Assembly (NCBI RefSeq): GCF_006345805.1
Contig: NC_043010.1
Location: 52,328,001-52,392,000 of the forward strand
DNA length: 64,000 nt
Source of the DNA: Octopus sinensis
Taxonomy: Eukaryota
Reading direction: 5' to 3'
The position numbers were made by a program, and so were the translations under genes. This document shows positions 1 through 13,993 of this stretch, in pieces. The notes beneath the pieces were generated by a model. That model saw nothing but the letters and a program-made list of their open reading frames with translations. It did no database searches and was not told where the DNA came from. The stretch's first letter is position 1; the number at the start of each line of letters is the position of its first letter.

Positions 1-774
1 TCAGATTTAATATAAGAATATATGGACAACAAGAAAATTGCAGGAAGCTGCGTGATAGTGGTGTCTGACGTGGCATATAACTTGTTTGACATGCGCATTA
101 AGTTTCTATTCTTCTCTTCCGTTTTATTTTGACATGCGCATTGCATTTTTATCGTTCTCTTCCGTTTTACGAATCCTTCGTGCACATGCACCTTATTCTT
201 ATTTTACCGGTTCCATCTCAAAACTGTTCACAGATCACAGCCATCTCACGAACCTGCTGTGTTGGTTGTGAAAAAAAAAACCGGTGTAAATTAGTAGAAA
301 TCTGTTTAATTAAAATAATCTGCTGTTTTGATTTTTTGGTTTATGTGCTTTTCGTTTTCGTAGGTTTTATTAAAAACATGGGGAGAATGTGTTTATAAAG
401 CACCATTCGGTAACAGGAGACGCTGAGCTCCAGGAAAAAAAAAACAGAAAATCACTAACAAACAAAAATCACGACAATATTAATGTTACGTGATTGATAA
501 TGATAATTTTTTTCCAATCATTTTAGTCAAGGATACACAAAAAAAGAATTAATATGTTCAAGGGAGATAACTCTTGTTCTTATTCAAGGGAGGTAAATAT
601 TCCCAATAGCTGAGCTACTACTGGTAAAACGTGAAAATATTCTAATTTCAGTGTAGTTTTCGTGCTTATACTTGCTTATTATCAAGAATGTTGAATAATA
701 ACCAAAGGAATACGATAACAAGAAGCTACATAAATGGGGTCCCTTCGAGGATATCTGGTGTAGCTTTATTCAAC

Positions 775-1166
775 GAGTGGCTGTGGTAAGTAGCTTGTTT
801 ACCAACCACATGGTTCCGGGTTCAGTCCCACTGCGTGGCACCTTGGGCAAATGTTTTCTACTATAGCCTCGGGCCGACCAAAGCCTTGTGAGTGGATTTG
901 GTAGACGGAAACTGAAAGAAGCCTGTCGTATATATGTATATATATATATATATAAATGCGTGTGTCTGTGTTTGTCCCCCTAGCATTGCTTGACAACCGA
1001 TGCTGGTGTATTTATGTCCCCGTTACTTAGCGGTTCGGCAAAGAGACCGATAGAATAAGTACTGGGCTTACAAAAGAATAAGTCCCAGGATCGAGTTGCT
1101 CGATTAAAGGCGGTGCTCCAGCATGGCCGCAGTCAAATGACTGAAACAAGTAAAAGAGTAAAAGAG
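775..1166 (+). mobile_element. tRNA-derived SINE, main family of this window (octopus-type), with internal (TA)n
   Basis: Head GAGTGGCTGTGGTAAG...GGTTCAGTCCC (A/B-box-like), body and GTAAAAGAG tail, repeated many times in the window (e.g. 3668, 54335, 61775, 62640). Confidence 0.85.
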
Positions 1167-1296
1167 GGTGCCTAGTTTCCACAGGTCGACTCGCTACTTT
1201 TTTATGGACACGGGAACGAACCGCAAGAATGATTCTTCAAAGCGAGTTAACCGATAAGAGATTTAATGGTATACTAAGAACGAAATAGTCGGATAA

Positions 1297-2118
1297 TCTT
1301 CTACTATAATAATACTCTTGAGTGTTTCTCCGTCACAACACATGAATGAGAAAGGAAGGGGTGATAGATGAATAAGGAAGGAAGGGATGATGGCGAAACG
1401 GTAGTGGGGGCGTTTCAACTGTGTATGTGTGTAAAAGGGAGGTATGTGAATGCGTGCGTGTGTGCGTGCGCGCGCAATGGAAGTGGGATGGTGAACATTC
1501 AACGGTGAAAAGAAAATTCAAACAGCGTTTCAGCTTTGTGTGAGTATATGTGTGTGTGTGTGTTTGCGTATATGTATGTGTTTGTGAATGTGTGTGTGTG
1601 TGTGTCTGTTTGCGCGTGCAATGGAAGTGGGATGGTGAACATTCAACGCTGAAAGGAAAAATCAAACAGCGTTTCAGCTCTGTGTAAGTATATGTGTGTT
1701 TGTGTGTACGTGTGTGTATGCGTATGTGTGTGTGTGTGTGCGTGTGTGTGTGTATGCGTGTGTGTGTGTATGCGTGTGTGTGTGTGTGTACAAGAGAAGT
1801 ATGTGAATGTTTGTATGTGTGAACCAGCATTCTTTCAGTAACAAACGATGATCGATATCACATCTCAAAAACCAACCACTAGATAACATTGACAAGCGTA
1901 TTAATTCGATTTGCCATCCATATTCTATCCCGCATTTAGTCCCGGCCAGCTTTATGTGGCTTCAAGTCGTACAGGAAGAAAGGAAAACAAGCGGCCAAAG
2001 GAGAGATTTTTCACAAAAAAATTTCGTAATAATAGAATTATTAAACTTGGTTTTGTACCTTATTTATGTATAAAATACTACAATTAACCGTCATTTTTGA
2101 GGGCACGGGGTCAGCTAG
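1297..2118 (+). mobile_element. Probable non-autonomous Helitron carrying GT microsatellites and a duplicated ~175-bp unit
   Basis: Starts A^TCTTCTACTATAAT and ends ...GGGCACGGGGTCAGCTAG^T (TC...CTAG in an AT site). The subterminal hairpin is imperfect. Confidence 0.5.
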
Positions 2119-2133
2119 TATAAATATAACATA

Positions 2134-2582
2134 CCGTAAATCCTCGAGTATAATCCGCATTTTTTCCCCAAAATTTAAAGGTCAAAATCCCTAGTGCGTA
2201 CTATATACGAGGTTAAAAATGAAAATTATTTCCTAAGCAATGTCCGAGTCTCTATTCGCTGTCCAGCAATGTTTATTCAGACGCATTTTGTGATGTCGGG
2301 CAGTTAGCAACATTTATTAAACGTTATTACTGTTATTTCTTTATTTTCTTCAAACAAAATGCACAAAAAAGCTACACGCTTGCATAATGTTATATATACA
2401 ATAATAATAAAGGACGTTACCGTATACATTTTTACAAACCAAGGACGTTATATAGACCTCCTTGACTCAAGTTAGAGAAGGGGTGCGTATTATACACAAG
2501 GTTTAAGTTTTTCAGAGGTACAGCCCCCTAAAAGTCCCCTGCGTATTATACTCAAGGGCGGACTATACTCGAGGATTTAGGG
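2134..2582. mobile_element. Tc1/mariner-pogo-type MITE
   Basis: TIRs CCGTAAATCCTCGAGTATAATCCGC / GCGGACTATACTCGAGGATTTAGGG, flanked by TA on both sides. Confidence 0.85.
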
Positions 2583-2854
2583 TAAATATTCTCAGTTTGT
2601 CTCGCTTGGGAGTCCAGCAGGAAAATATAGATAGACCCCTATAGTGGAAGTATCCTAGAATGCTCTCGACGCTCTAATTATGGATGGTTGGATTGTTGCT
2701 ACGTCTTGAAGAACCATCTACTGCTACTGTATATCTAGGAGAAGATTATCATTATACCATTCCTCATCTAAAGCAGTAGTATGGAATTAGAAGGAAATTT
2801 GATTGCTGCGTATATTTTTGATTGCTATATACATGTGTGTGTGTGTGGTTATTC

Positions 2855-2960
2855 CTTTATTCTCTTACTTGCTTCAGCACCGCCTTTAGTCGAACAAATC
2901 GACCTAGTACTTATTCTATCGGTCTCTTTTGTCGAACCGCTAAGTTAAGGGGACGTAAAC
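2855..2960 (-). mobile_element. SINE 3' fragment (main family)
   Basis: Reverse complement of the SINE 3' body. Confidence 0.7.
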
Positions 2961-3415
2961 ATGTATGTATGTATGTATGTATGTATGTATGTATGTATGC
3001 ATGTATGTATGTATGTATGTATGTATGTATGGATGGATGGATGTAGGATGTATGCATGTATGCATGTATGTATGTATGTATGTATGTATGTATGTATGTA
3101 TGTATGGATTTATGTATGTATGGATGTATGTATGGATGGATGGATGTATGTATATACATACATACGTACATACATACGTACATACATATATACATACATA
3201 CACAGACACACGCACACACTGACACACACGCACACACACAAACATATCTATGTATGTATATATATACATGCATACATACATACATACAAACATACATACA
3301 TACATGTGTGTATGTGTGAATGTTTATACATATATATATGTGTGTGTGTGCGCATTTGTATATACATATGTGTATATACACGCACACACACACACACACA
3401 CACATACACACATAT
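2961..3415. repeat. Compound microsatellite (TATG)n/(GATG)n/(CATA)n/(CA)n
   Basis: Seen directly. It accounts for the MYVC/HTHT ORFs in the track. Confidence 0.95.
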
Positions 3416-3667
3416 GCTCAAACAATTCTCCATTGATTTACACAGTATTGATTTACACTTTAACATCACCGTGTTTTTTTCTTACTTTTTTTTTTCGTCT
3501 TGTTTCGTTTTTTGTACTTTGTTTCATGTTTTTTTTTTCTTCGTCTTTTCAACTAGGTAGACAAAGTGATCAATATTGATCTCTGGGCTGGAACCAGTCT
3601 ACGTGGTTGTCAAGGAGTTTGATAAACATTTGAAAGCATGTTGAACATAAAGGATGTTGAATTGTTA

Positions 3668-3846
3668 GCGTAGGAGTGGCCGTGTGGTAAGTTGCTTGCT
3701 TACGAACCACATGGTTCCGGGTTCAGTCCCACTGCGTGACACCTTGGGCAGGTGACTTCTACTATAGGCTCGGGCCAACCAGAGCCTTTTGAGTGGATTT
3801 GGTAGACGGAATCTGAAAGAAGTCCGTCGTATATATATATATATAC

Positions 3847-3889
<43 letters not shown>

Positions 3890-3891
3890 TA

Positions 3892-3957
<66 letters not shown>

Positions 3958-4182
3958 ATATGTTTGTGTGTCTGTGTTTGTCCCCCCAACATCGCTTGAC
4001 AATCGATGCTGGTGTGTTTATGTACCCGTAACTTAACGGTTCGGCAAAACAGACCGATAGAATAAGTACTAGGCTTACAAAGAATAAGTCCTGGGGTCGA
4101 TTTGCTCGACTAAAAGGCGGTGCTCCAGCATGGCCACGGTCACATGACTGAAACAAGTGAAAGAGTAAAAAAAAAAGAGTAA
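3668..4182 (+). mobile_element. Full-length SINE (main family) with expanded (TA)n at ~3830-3945
   Basis: Colinear with 775-1166 and 54335-54697. Confidence 0.88.
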
Positions 4183-4989
4183 ACTTATTTTTCAACGCTA
4201 ATCTCCAGGAAAGAAATAATAACCAGGACGAAATCAAATTTAATATCCTACATGTAACATTGGTAGTCTCGACTCGGCAAGAAGACGCCATTAGTACTAC
4301 ACTATTGAGCTTGAAAAATGATCTTCTGTATAGTAAAATGATACAGTCTGTGGCAATGAATATCCAAAAAGTTATTGAAACTGTACGTGATTTCAAGAAA
4401 AGAAAGAAATATGGCAAGACAAATCACTAAAAAGAGAAGGAATTACATGGCTAATTCGTGCAACAAACTGAGGATGCTGGATGTCGGAAACGCTGGTTGT
4501 GGCTGACAGATAGAAATCTGAAGTGAGAAAGAAAAACATTAATTATAGCCGATCAGCAACTAGTAATTAGAATGTTAGAAGATTGATAAAACTCAGTCAG
4601 AGAGCAAAAGCAGAATTTGTGGAGAAGGAGGGGAAAGTATTAACTGTCTTTTAAATGGATGACTGAGCTAACACGACAAGAGTATAAGTATAGGTATGAA
4701 TGTGTCAGTAAGTGAGTGCATAGGGACGTTAGCTGGGTGAGTGAATTCAAAGTGACAGAAAAGTGGTGAGTAATAATTGAAAGATTTTTCCAGAATGACT
4801 GACCAGACTATTGAAATAAAAAGACCAGATATGACTGGATTTAAAAAAAAAACACACAGTATAAGATCATAGTTTGCAATAATATATGATAATTGTTTGG
4901 GTATCAAAGAAATTGAGAAAAGTGAGAAAAATCAGGATTTAGCCCGTGATATAGAGAGATTTGTAGAAACGTTAGCACTTAGGGCGAAA

Positions 4990-5360
4990 TGTTTAGCATT
5001 ATTTCGTCTGCCGTTACGTTCTGAGTTCAAATTCCACCGAGGCCGACTTTGCCTTTCATCCTTTCGGGGTCGATAAATTAAGTAACAGTTGTGCACTGGG
5101 GTCGATATAATCGACTTAATCCTTTTGTCTGTCCTTTTTTGTCCCCTCTGTGTTTAGCCCCTTGTGGGTAGTAAAGAAATAGGTATTTCGTCTGCCGTTA
5201 CGTTCTGAGTTCAAATTCCGCCGAGGTCGACTTTGCCTTTCATCCTTTCGGGGTCGATAAATTAAGTACCAGTTAGGCACTGGAGTCGATGTAATCGACT
5301 TAATTTCTTTGTCTGTCCCCTCTATATTTAGCCCCTTGTGAACAGTAAGAAATAAAGAAA
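4990..5360 (+). mobile_element. Two tandem copies of a second SINE-like family
   Basis: Unit TTTCGTCTGCCGTTACGTTCTGAGTTCAAATTCC...TTTAGCCCCTTGTG repeated twice. B-box-like GTTCAAATTCC. Same family at 58405-58680. Confidence 0.7.
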
Positions 5361-8169
5361 TGAGTACTAGGGTTGATTTGTTCGATTAAATGCTTCGAGA
5401 TGGAGCCCCAGCATGGCCACAGCCCAATGACTGAAACAAAGATTATAATAAACAACGTTTCGTTTCATTCTAGTTTTTCTTTTTTGGCAACCACTTGCAG
5501 TACCATCGCTGCTACTATAGTATGATATCGACCAAATGTTGGTAGTATGAAATATGTTTAAAATCATTAAAATCATTATTCTACAAAAGGAAAGAAGCAT
5601 ACGGTAGGTCGCAAAAGGCAAGATAGATATTGTAGTAAGAAATATTTAGTCTTCGTTTCAGTATTTCAAGTAAACCTTGGAGCTGTTTTTAAATATTCCC
5701 GATTTCTTCGTAAATATGCTGTAATTCTCCACATTTACCTGTTTGTTTATTTTTAATTCTACTTTTCAATTTGTAAGAAGATCGGATGAGGTGTAACTTA
5801 TAATACATCTATCATTTTCAGTGCGGTAGATTTTGCTGCAAAAACGTCGTTGGTAAACTGAGACAAAAGTGTAAAAAGCAAAATTGTTTTACTGAAAAAC
5901 GAAATGTTTCCGAAGCTAACCTATTACATGTGATTGCGCAATACTATCTCTCCCGCATGTAAACACTGCCTCCTTTGCAATAAGTAACTAGAAAATTGTA
6001 GCATCGTAAGTTCTGCCACTTTTTGCCAAATAATTACTATAAAAACTCAACACACAAATATACTACATTTCAGTTCTCTTTCTGTCTCTTTTTCCCTTTA
6101 CTGTTGTACGGTTGATGAATTATCCTTAAACTTTAAAAAATGGAAAACACCCACCATTTTACGATTTCGTTTTATCTTATATTTTTCACTTTCACTGTAT
6201 TATATTTTTATATTTCCGTCATCATATGTCGTGAATAATATTAAATTTATTTCTTTACTACAATGATTATATATATTTATGTAGATTGCAGTTGTCTTTA
6301 TTTTTGTAATATCAATATTGTTTTTAGAGCAATCTATTGTCACTTTTATTGGTCAAAACTTTATTTTTTTTAAATATCACCTTGCTTACTACTACACTAG
6401 TTAAAAATTTTATTCGTTCCGTTCTATTTTAGTGTATCTGAACCATCTTCGTTTCGTTTCTTTTTTAATCTACCTATTTTCTCCTCTCACCAACTTTCCC
6501 TCGTGGTTATTAATAACCTTCATTCACTCGAGGAAGCTTCATGGAGGAAGTCCTCAATTTCGTCCTTGCTGAATGACGCTTTAAACAGTTAGTATTATAG
6601 ATTTTTATTATTATTATTTCATTTATATTTTTTGCTATATACGTATAATTATTATCGCTTTTACATTTTAGTCGTTTCACTGCGCTTTTTTTGTGATCCC
6701 CAAATTATAATTTAATTCGTGGCTGGACATCAAAATGCAAAATGGGCAGTTTTTAATTTAATACGTTTCTCACGAATTGGATATTGTGTTGTGTGGTCAT
6801 TTACTACTGACGCCTACGTTCTCAATTGAAATCCTCCGAGGTCTACTTTAAATTTCAGACTTTCAGCGCTGATAAAATAAGTACCAGTTTTATGCTAGAA
6901 TCGATATAATCGAACTACTAGCTTTCTTCCCTAAAATTTTAGGCATAGTGCGTGTATAGAAAAGAGTAAAAAAAAAATATTGTGTTGAATGGTATGCTAA
7001 AACACCATTGAATTCTCGATAGTTTTTACATATGAATAGATGGTGCGCAGAGCCCTGCCTTGACTAATTTCAAACAATATTCAGACGGTTACCAATCTAT
7101 TAAAATGTAATATATGCAGTTTTGTAAAATTTTCCGTTACGATGCGGTTTTTTTTTTTATTACTTGCTGCATCGCCTTTATCATTATTACATCTATATGC
7201 GGATGTTTATTGGTGATGGCCTTGAGGTTTAACACAAAAGTAGTCTTCTCATTAATTAGCGCAATTTCTTAAGAGATTTTATGTGTGGAACGAACTATTT
7301 CGAATTTTTTAAAAAACCAGTTAGGGGCCGTTAAAGCGAGAATTCCCTAGGGTATCTCACTTTTGTTCTGCGTGTCCCTTGAAAAACTTGAAAAATATGT
7401 AGCATGGCTACAATTTTTAATTAGGATTATTCATACAGAATCTTAGATAAGGAGTGTCGTCGTTGTGTTCGTAAGTAGTCCAGCAGAAAATACAGATTTC
7501 CCCCGATGTATTTTTAGTTACGGGTTAAGCGATTTTATAAGTGGAGTAGTATACTTGAAATTTTAGTTTTTGTAAAACAATTTAAATCTGCTGCAATTTA
7601 GAACTGTAAAAGCGAGGAATACTTATGGGTGCCCTCGTGTTCTTAGAAGACCGTATCACCCATTATGCTGTGTCAGGCCTTTCTATGTACATTCTCCTTA
7701 ACGGCCCTTCACATAGCTACTCTAGTGCGCGCCACTCCCGCCTCAGGAATTTGTTTTCTTATAATTTTCAGAAAAAGGGTTATTTTTGCAATGAATATTT
7801 TACAAACCCGTTTGAGATGGTTTAGATTACTATTATATTGAAATTCCAAGTAGAAAGAAAAAAAAAATGCATATAATATGGGAGCACTCTTATCTAATTT
7901 ATGCCTTGCTTTTTACACTAAAATATTCCTAACGTAATTTTTTTTTTTTTTTTACAAAAACGATGAATTGGAAACACTTTCAGTGATTAATTGTAATAAA
8001 GTATTATTAAAACAAAAAAAAAAAAGCAACAAGCAAGGGTATTTGCTTCTCAAAATTCAGCCGAACGTTTAAGATGCTTCTAAATGGTTTGTTTTATGAA
8101 AAGATATTTTCGCCTTTTAAAATATGTTTCGTTATCGAAATATTAAAATAAAAGGGGAAAGATTTCCTT

Positions 8170-8480
8170 TTGTACCCCACCATAAATTTTTTTTTTAATA
8201 TTACACATGGTGGAAAATTTGCTTTCCTACGATATCTTATGATGAGAAAGTCATAAAAATTTCTATAAAAAAAAAAAAAACTTCATTTCTGTATTATGTG
8301 TAATTCATGTCCCGACTTGTCTGACATTGGGACCGGAATATACTTAATACAGAAATGAAGTTTTTTAATAGAAATTAAAAAATTTATATGACTTTATTAT
8401 TATTTTTAGACATGGTCGAAATCATTTTCCACCATGTGTAATATTTTAAAAAATTCTAGCGATGTGGTACAAAAGATTTT
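8170..8480. repeat. Degenerate fold-back / palindromic element
   Basis: Inverted arms (CTTCATTTCTGTATTA / TAATACAGAAATGAAG; TATTACACATGGTGGAAAAT / ATTTTCCACCATGTGTAATA) centred near 8325. Confidence 0.55.
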
Positions 8481-9524
8481 TACTACGTTTTCAATAATAA
8501 ATGACCTATATATTTTAAGCGTGTTTCACTATGTATTAAGTTCGGGTCCGAAGTCCCGCTTAAAGTTGATAACACACTGTAAATATAACCACCAACTAAA
8601 GTGAACTACCATTGGCGGAATTCTGGTTTAAAGTACCTTGTGTGAAAACCCGTTATAACTTTTTATATTTTATGGACTTTTTTGATGTTTGCGAAACACT
8701 GGAATTCATACGCTCACGAAAAAAAAAAAAAATTATGAAGTAGATCCTAAAATTTCGACTTATTTTCAAATTTTTTTTTTTTTTTTTTTCCAAAATCAGT
8801 TTTAAATTAACGGACAGTCAAAATTTTTTGCTTGAATCCCAACAATGGGCCGCCGCCACTGGGCGCAATCATCAATCCATTGTGTTTGCAGACAGAAAAA
8901 TATTTAAAAACATCGATACGTGTCTGAGTCACAAAGAAGTGGTCGTGAGAGGTGCTAAAAATAACTGCTAAATAACACGCACCCATTTTTTCTTTTTCTT
9001 TTCTTTTTTTTTTTTTTTTATAATGAATTCTCGTGTGAACACAAATCCCCAAAAAAATATTTAGATTATAGGAGGCGATAGTGTGTATAAAAGCCAGAAT
9101 TTCGTTCGTCGGGACAGTGACACGTCATAACAGGTTCCGATATTTTATTTGCATTCTTAGACTTGGCTTAATCCTGTTTTTCTTTTTTATCTCATTTACA
9201 TACAGTATCGTCTTTTTACCTCAACTTACGTCGGTAATTTGTTGCAGTTAATGCGACTTTATTCGAAAACCGACGTAACATCTGTTTTAATAACTGATTT
9301 GCACATATTTCCACTTTGGGCAGGGCTATCTTTCGTCTCTAGTAGACCTTTCCGTCGATTTTCGTAAAAATCTTTTTTTTTAGATCACCGAACTTTGATA
9401 ATGTTTTTTTTTTATTATTAATTTTTTATGCTTTTAAATATGTTCGAAAAAAGGCCGATGTAAGTCAGACAGGGTGACCGAAGCTGAGGGGTCTCCCTCC
9501 AATTAACCCGTTATTTCTTGGCGC

Positions 9525-10065
9525 AATCCGGATCTTTTCCTTTTGAACGGCAGTTTTCAACACAATTTCTAGTTAACTAAAACTTCGTATACTGGTAGAA
9601 TGTGTTCAAAGTAAAATTCTTTTTTCTCTTGGCCTTCTTGAGAAAATTGTAATTTGTTAGTTTAACGTAGTTTGAATTTTAACCAATGAATCGCCTCTAA
9701 TTGAGCTAAAACCATTTGCTGCGTCTAAAACTGAGACATCCTGTTACTAACCAAAACCCTAAATTTTAGCCTTTCGTTTTTTTTTTTTTTTCTAAATTAT
9801 CCTTAGATTAATTTAACAATTAAAAAAAAAAAACGAAAGGCTAAAATTTAGGGTTTGGGTTAGTGACAGGATGTTGTCTAAGTTTTAGGCGGCGCAGCAA
9901 ATGATTTTAGCTCAATTAGACAAAATGGTTGATTAAAATTCGAAAAATTAAACTACGTTATACAAAAGCGAATTACAAATTTGATACAGTCTACCAGTAT
10001 ACGAAGTTTTAAACTAGAAAATTTGTGTTGACACGTGCCTTTCAAAAGGAAAAGATCCCGAAATC
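9525..10065. mobile_element. Fold-back MITE with ~260-bp imperfect arms
   Basis: GGATCTTTTCCTTTTGAA...AAACTTCGTATACTGGTAG is mirrored by CTACCAGTATACGAAGTTT...TTCAAAAGGAAAAGATCC. Confidence 0.65.
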
Positions 10066-10252
10066 CTTGTTTAGGCACGCACCTCAACTAGAATTCCGTC
10101 AAGGTCTTTAACAAAGGTGGCGGGAGGCAACAAGTCTAAACTCGAACGAACAACGTATGTTGAACTATACATATGCGACTACGCATTCTTTCCTATCAGT
10201 GATATGATAAACAGCTGCAGACACTTGAGTAACCCAAGCTCTTAATAAGTAA

Positions 10253-10535
10253 TTGCTCTCTGGCGAACAGTGGTCCGGTGCGGGCATCCGGGCTAGCTAG
10301 TCGTAAAGTAGTCGATCGTAAGACGACTTGCGCGTATGTTTGTATTTCAAGGCTGAATACATATCAAAAGAAAATTAAATATTTTTCGAACAAAGTAAAT
10401 AATTTTTTAAACTAAGTAAATAAATTGTTTTTATAAACAAACTAAGGTTAGGGTTAAAAAGTCGTTGTAGGATCGGCTGCTTACGACTAGCTAGCGCGTG
10501 TGCGCGGTCCGGGACCACTGTTCGCTAGTAGTACC
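10253..10535. mobile_element. Merlin-type MITE (left end degenerate)
   Basis: GCGAACAGTGGTCCGG ... CCGGGACCACTGTTCGCTAGTAGTACC. Right TIR matches the GGTAC-N-GTGGTCCCGG pattern of the autonomous-type element at 18862. Confidence 0.6.
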
Positions 10536-10893
10536 TCTCAACATTGTAGCTTAAAAATCTGCAAAGCATAATTTTAACGAATAATAATTTCAGACGTTTA
10601 AAACAAATTAGTAAAAAAAAAAAAAAAACTTTTCGTTAGGAACCGTGACAAAAAACTTCAAGTGGCAAACTCGTCTCTAAAAAAAAAAAATTATTTGCAG
10701 ATTCGTAATTTATGATTTACAAAGTGGGTTCGAATGAACGGCAGTTTTTGGGTCATTTGAGAATTTCCGACTCTATTCTACAAGAATGCCTTGTAAAAAG
10801 TAATACGCACATGCCGACTTCTTTCTTCCGTTTATGCCGCACTGCTACTATTAAACCAAGTCCAACAATTCTGGTTCATTCTTATATTGAATA

Positions 10894-11361
10894 CTAGCAG
10901 TATCGCCCGGCGTTGCTCGGGTTTGTAAGGGAAATAACTATATAAGCATTTTTAGAGTTATAGCAAAAAAATGATGGTAAATTTTTTTTTTAAATCGTTG
11001 ACTAGTCGTAGACATTTTTAGAGAGTTACTTCCCTTATATAATAGCGAAAAATATGCATTAAAATGGAAAAAAATGATGGTAAATTTTTTTTTTAAATCG
11101 TTGACTCATCGTAGACATTTTTAGAGAGTTACTTCCCTTATATAATAGCGAAAAATATGCATTAAAATGGAAAAAAATGATGGTAAATTTTTTTAAAAAT
11201 TGTAGACTCATCGTAGATGCGCGCTAATACCCAGAAGGGCTAGATATGAATCACGACTATAAGATACCCGGTTTTGGTTAAACTGCACCGCAAAATGTGG
11301 GAGTAGTTAGGAATCTAAATCGTAGGAGACAGACACACAACTTGACTTTTATATATAAAGA
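10894..11361 (-). mobile_element. Non-autonomous Helitron with internal ~100-bp minisatellite
   Basis: Minus strand reads A^TCTTTATATATAAAAG ... CCCGAGCAACGCCGGGCGATACTGCTAG^T (TC start, GC hairpin, CTAG end, AT target). Confidence 0.85.
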
Positions 11362-11774
11362 TATTTTGGAGAGTTGAAAAAGTCTGCTTACTGGAGTTAT
11401 GAAAAATACTATTGTATTTTGTACTTATTTCTTTATTATTCAACAAATTTTCGCTGGTTACACCCGAATTAAACCTTATTTCGGAAAGACTTTCAGCTTA
11501 GGCTGTGGAATAGGTATTTCTCTGACTTCTGTCAATATATATAATCACAACTGCTTCAGCTATTTTAGCACCGTAGTAACGAATAAATTCAAATGTTGAA
11601 GCAGTCAGTTAATTTCGTCTTTGTATCCTGAATTTTCTCTCCTTTAACGATTTATATTTATGATTGAAATTCAAAATAATCGAATGGATTTCAATTAACG
11701 TCAAGTTAAAAATCTAATTTCCACATTCGACATTGGTAAGATGTTGAAATTAAGAATAACAGAAGAGGAATTCA

Positions 11775-12054
11775 GGTACTACTTAAGAAGAGTGGTCCCG
11801 GTGCGCGCACTCACGTACTCGCGCATCCGCGCTAGCTAGTCGTGATTAGTCGATCCTACGACGACTATCTAGCAGAGTAAATAAAACACAAAATAATTTT
11901 TTTTACACAAAGTAAATAATTTTTTTAAACGAAGTAAATAAGTTTTTAAACAAAGTAAATAGAACAGAAAAAACACCAAGTAAGGATCGACTAGTCACGA
12001 CTAGCTAGCACGGATGCGCGAGTGGGCGCACCGGAACCACTCTTAAGTAATTCC
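11775..12054. mobile_element. Merlin-type MITE
   Basis: TIR GGTACTACTTAAGAAGAGTGGTCCCGG. 9-bp TSD AGGAATTCA at 11766-11774 and 12055-12063. Confidence 0.8.
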
Positions 12055-12960
12055 AGGAATTCATTTATCTCTGTATCTCCTGCACTACATTTTTTAAAAT
12101 TTAATTTAAATGTCATGTACCCGGCAAGGGTAACCTTCTATTGGTAAGGTTTATGATTCTCTTATTTTTTTTAGTAGCATTTCTTTATTCGACTGTTGAG
12201 TGGAAAAATTAATAGATTTAAGTGGGTGCTACGTGTCATTTGTGAATATTAATCGTATTCATATCCGTTCTGCATGTTGGTGTGGGTTGGCTATCATAAA
12301 CTGCCTAGCTGTATTTTTCCTCAAATATTTTTGTCTTAATGTTCATTCTAAATCTTATCTCATTTTCTTGTTCTTTTGTCAACTCTGCTGAGAGACCTAG
12401 TAACCTGAATTATTTTGAATGAGATTGAATGCTTTGAGTTTGTTTAGCTAATCAGCTACTAAGAAATTCGTTTCCATGCATTGACGCTTCAGAATAATTC
12501 ATTAATCTATGCCAGTTAGTGTTCGTAACCAGCGTTTAATCCATTAGCATTCAATTTGTCGAATGGCACTGCCTATTAATTCACATCGTTTTGGATTTAA
12601 TCACACATTTTCGTGGCTTATGTCTTCAATGACGTAATTGCCTATTTTTGGAATGACATTGTAAGGCTGGTTTGAACATGAAACAATATTTGGGCTGGAT
12701 ATGGCCGGTTTAATGGCTAATAGGTTAATTCTGAGAGTATAAAGATTAGAGGAGTCCATTTGGGACTGAGAAAAATCGAAGATTTGACCCTTTAGCATTC
12801 AAATGAGACTGCCAGAAGTAAAGCTTGTATTGTTTTGAATTTGTCTTGTATTGTCTGTCTCTTTTACTTGTTTCAGTCGTTTGACTGTGGCCATGCTGGA
12901 GCACCGCCTTTAGTCGAGCAAATCGACCCCAGGACTTATGCTTTGTAAGCCTAGTACTTA

Positions 12961-13342
12961 TCTCTTCTCTCTATATATAAACGGCAGTTTGTCTGTGTGT
13001 CTGTTTGGTTGTACCCTCACTCTGACCACAGCTTTCAACCGATTCTGATGAAACTTGACACACACATAGCCCAATGTCATATTTCAAAACTAACGCAGCG
13101 AAAATTTTGAAAAGTTCCCCCAGTTCTGAAAAAGATCGATAAATTCGACATGGGGTCGACAATCAGAAACACAAACCACAGATGGTCTAGGGGACGCAAC
13201 TCGACCTTTTTAACTATCAAAAAAAAAAAATTTACCATAATTTTTTCCCCCATTTCTTTGCTATTTTTTGGCCTAAACTCTCTAAAAATGCTTTATAGTT
13301 ATTTCCCTTACAAACCCGAGCAACGCCGGGCGATACTGCTAG
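12961..13342 (+). mobile_element. Non-autonomous Helitron inserted into a minus-strand SINE fragment (~12865-13380)
   Basis: A^TC start and same 3' hairpin + CTAG^T as the 10894 element. The SINE sequence TACTTA|TTCTATC is split at the AT. Confidence 0.85.
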
Positions 13343-13993
13343 TTCTATCTATTTGTCTTTTGCCAAACCACGTACTGCCATAACTTATTTGATATCAGGT
13401 GCTTTCTCCTCTGGCACCATGAATTTTTTTTTTTTTTTTTTTCCCCCCCACACAATTGACAAACTTAGAATCACTACTGCTAAACTTTTAACTTTGTTTC
13501 TCAATTTCAATTAATAAATTATGTCTCTAATTTCTACATGTATGTGTTTGTTTGCTTTTAGTGCCCAAAAGCACTCATGCTTAAAACAAGATCAGTGTCC
13601 AGTCATTCATACCTATTTATCTTATTCTGTCAGCCGTCCTCTAAAACTTCTGCAATAATGTTTTTTCTTTTTTTGTCCTTTTTTCTAGGTGGATTTCGGT
13701 GTCTAACCAACCATGTCAGTACAGAACATTCATTGGCTTTAGAAGACTTCTAAGGAACTGTATGTGACATTTGCAGACTGAGATGGTGGGAGCTGTATAA
13801 GTGCACAGGACAGTTGGTCACTGATATTTTGTAACTTCGTATGTATATAGAGATTTTCTCCTCCGCCATGTTAACTTTGAAGAACTACCGGCTGCGTAGA
13901 CAGAAATTTGTGCTGATGTTGATATAGATATATGGTTAGACAACAGAAGAATCAGTTCGGGACTTTATCTCCAATGAATTAAAAATGGTTTCA

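Noticed and set aside
1333-4031. Long ORFs such as MYVCMYVC.., HTHTHT.., IYIYIY.. (also 24425-24957, 38679-38900)
   Set aside because: They are translations of microsatellites, not genes.
6510-6590. Possible minus-strand exon resembling a kinase helix (FSKDEIEDFLHEAS)
   Set aside because: Under 25 codons, in-frame stop, weak donor site, no companion exons found.
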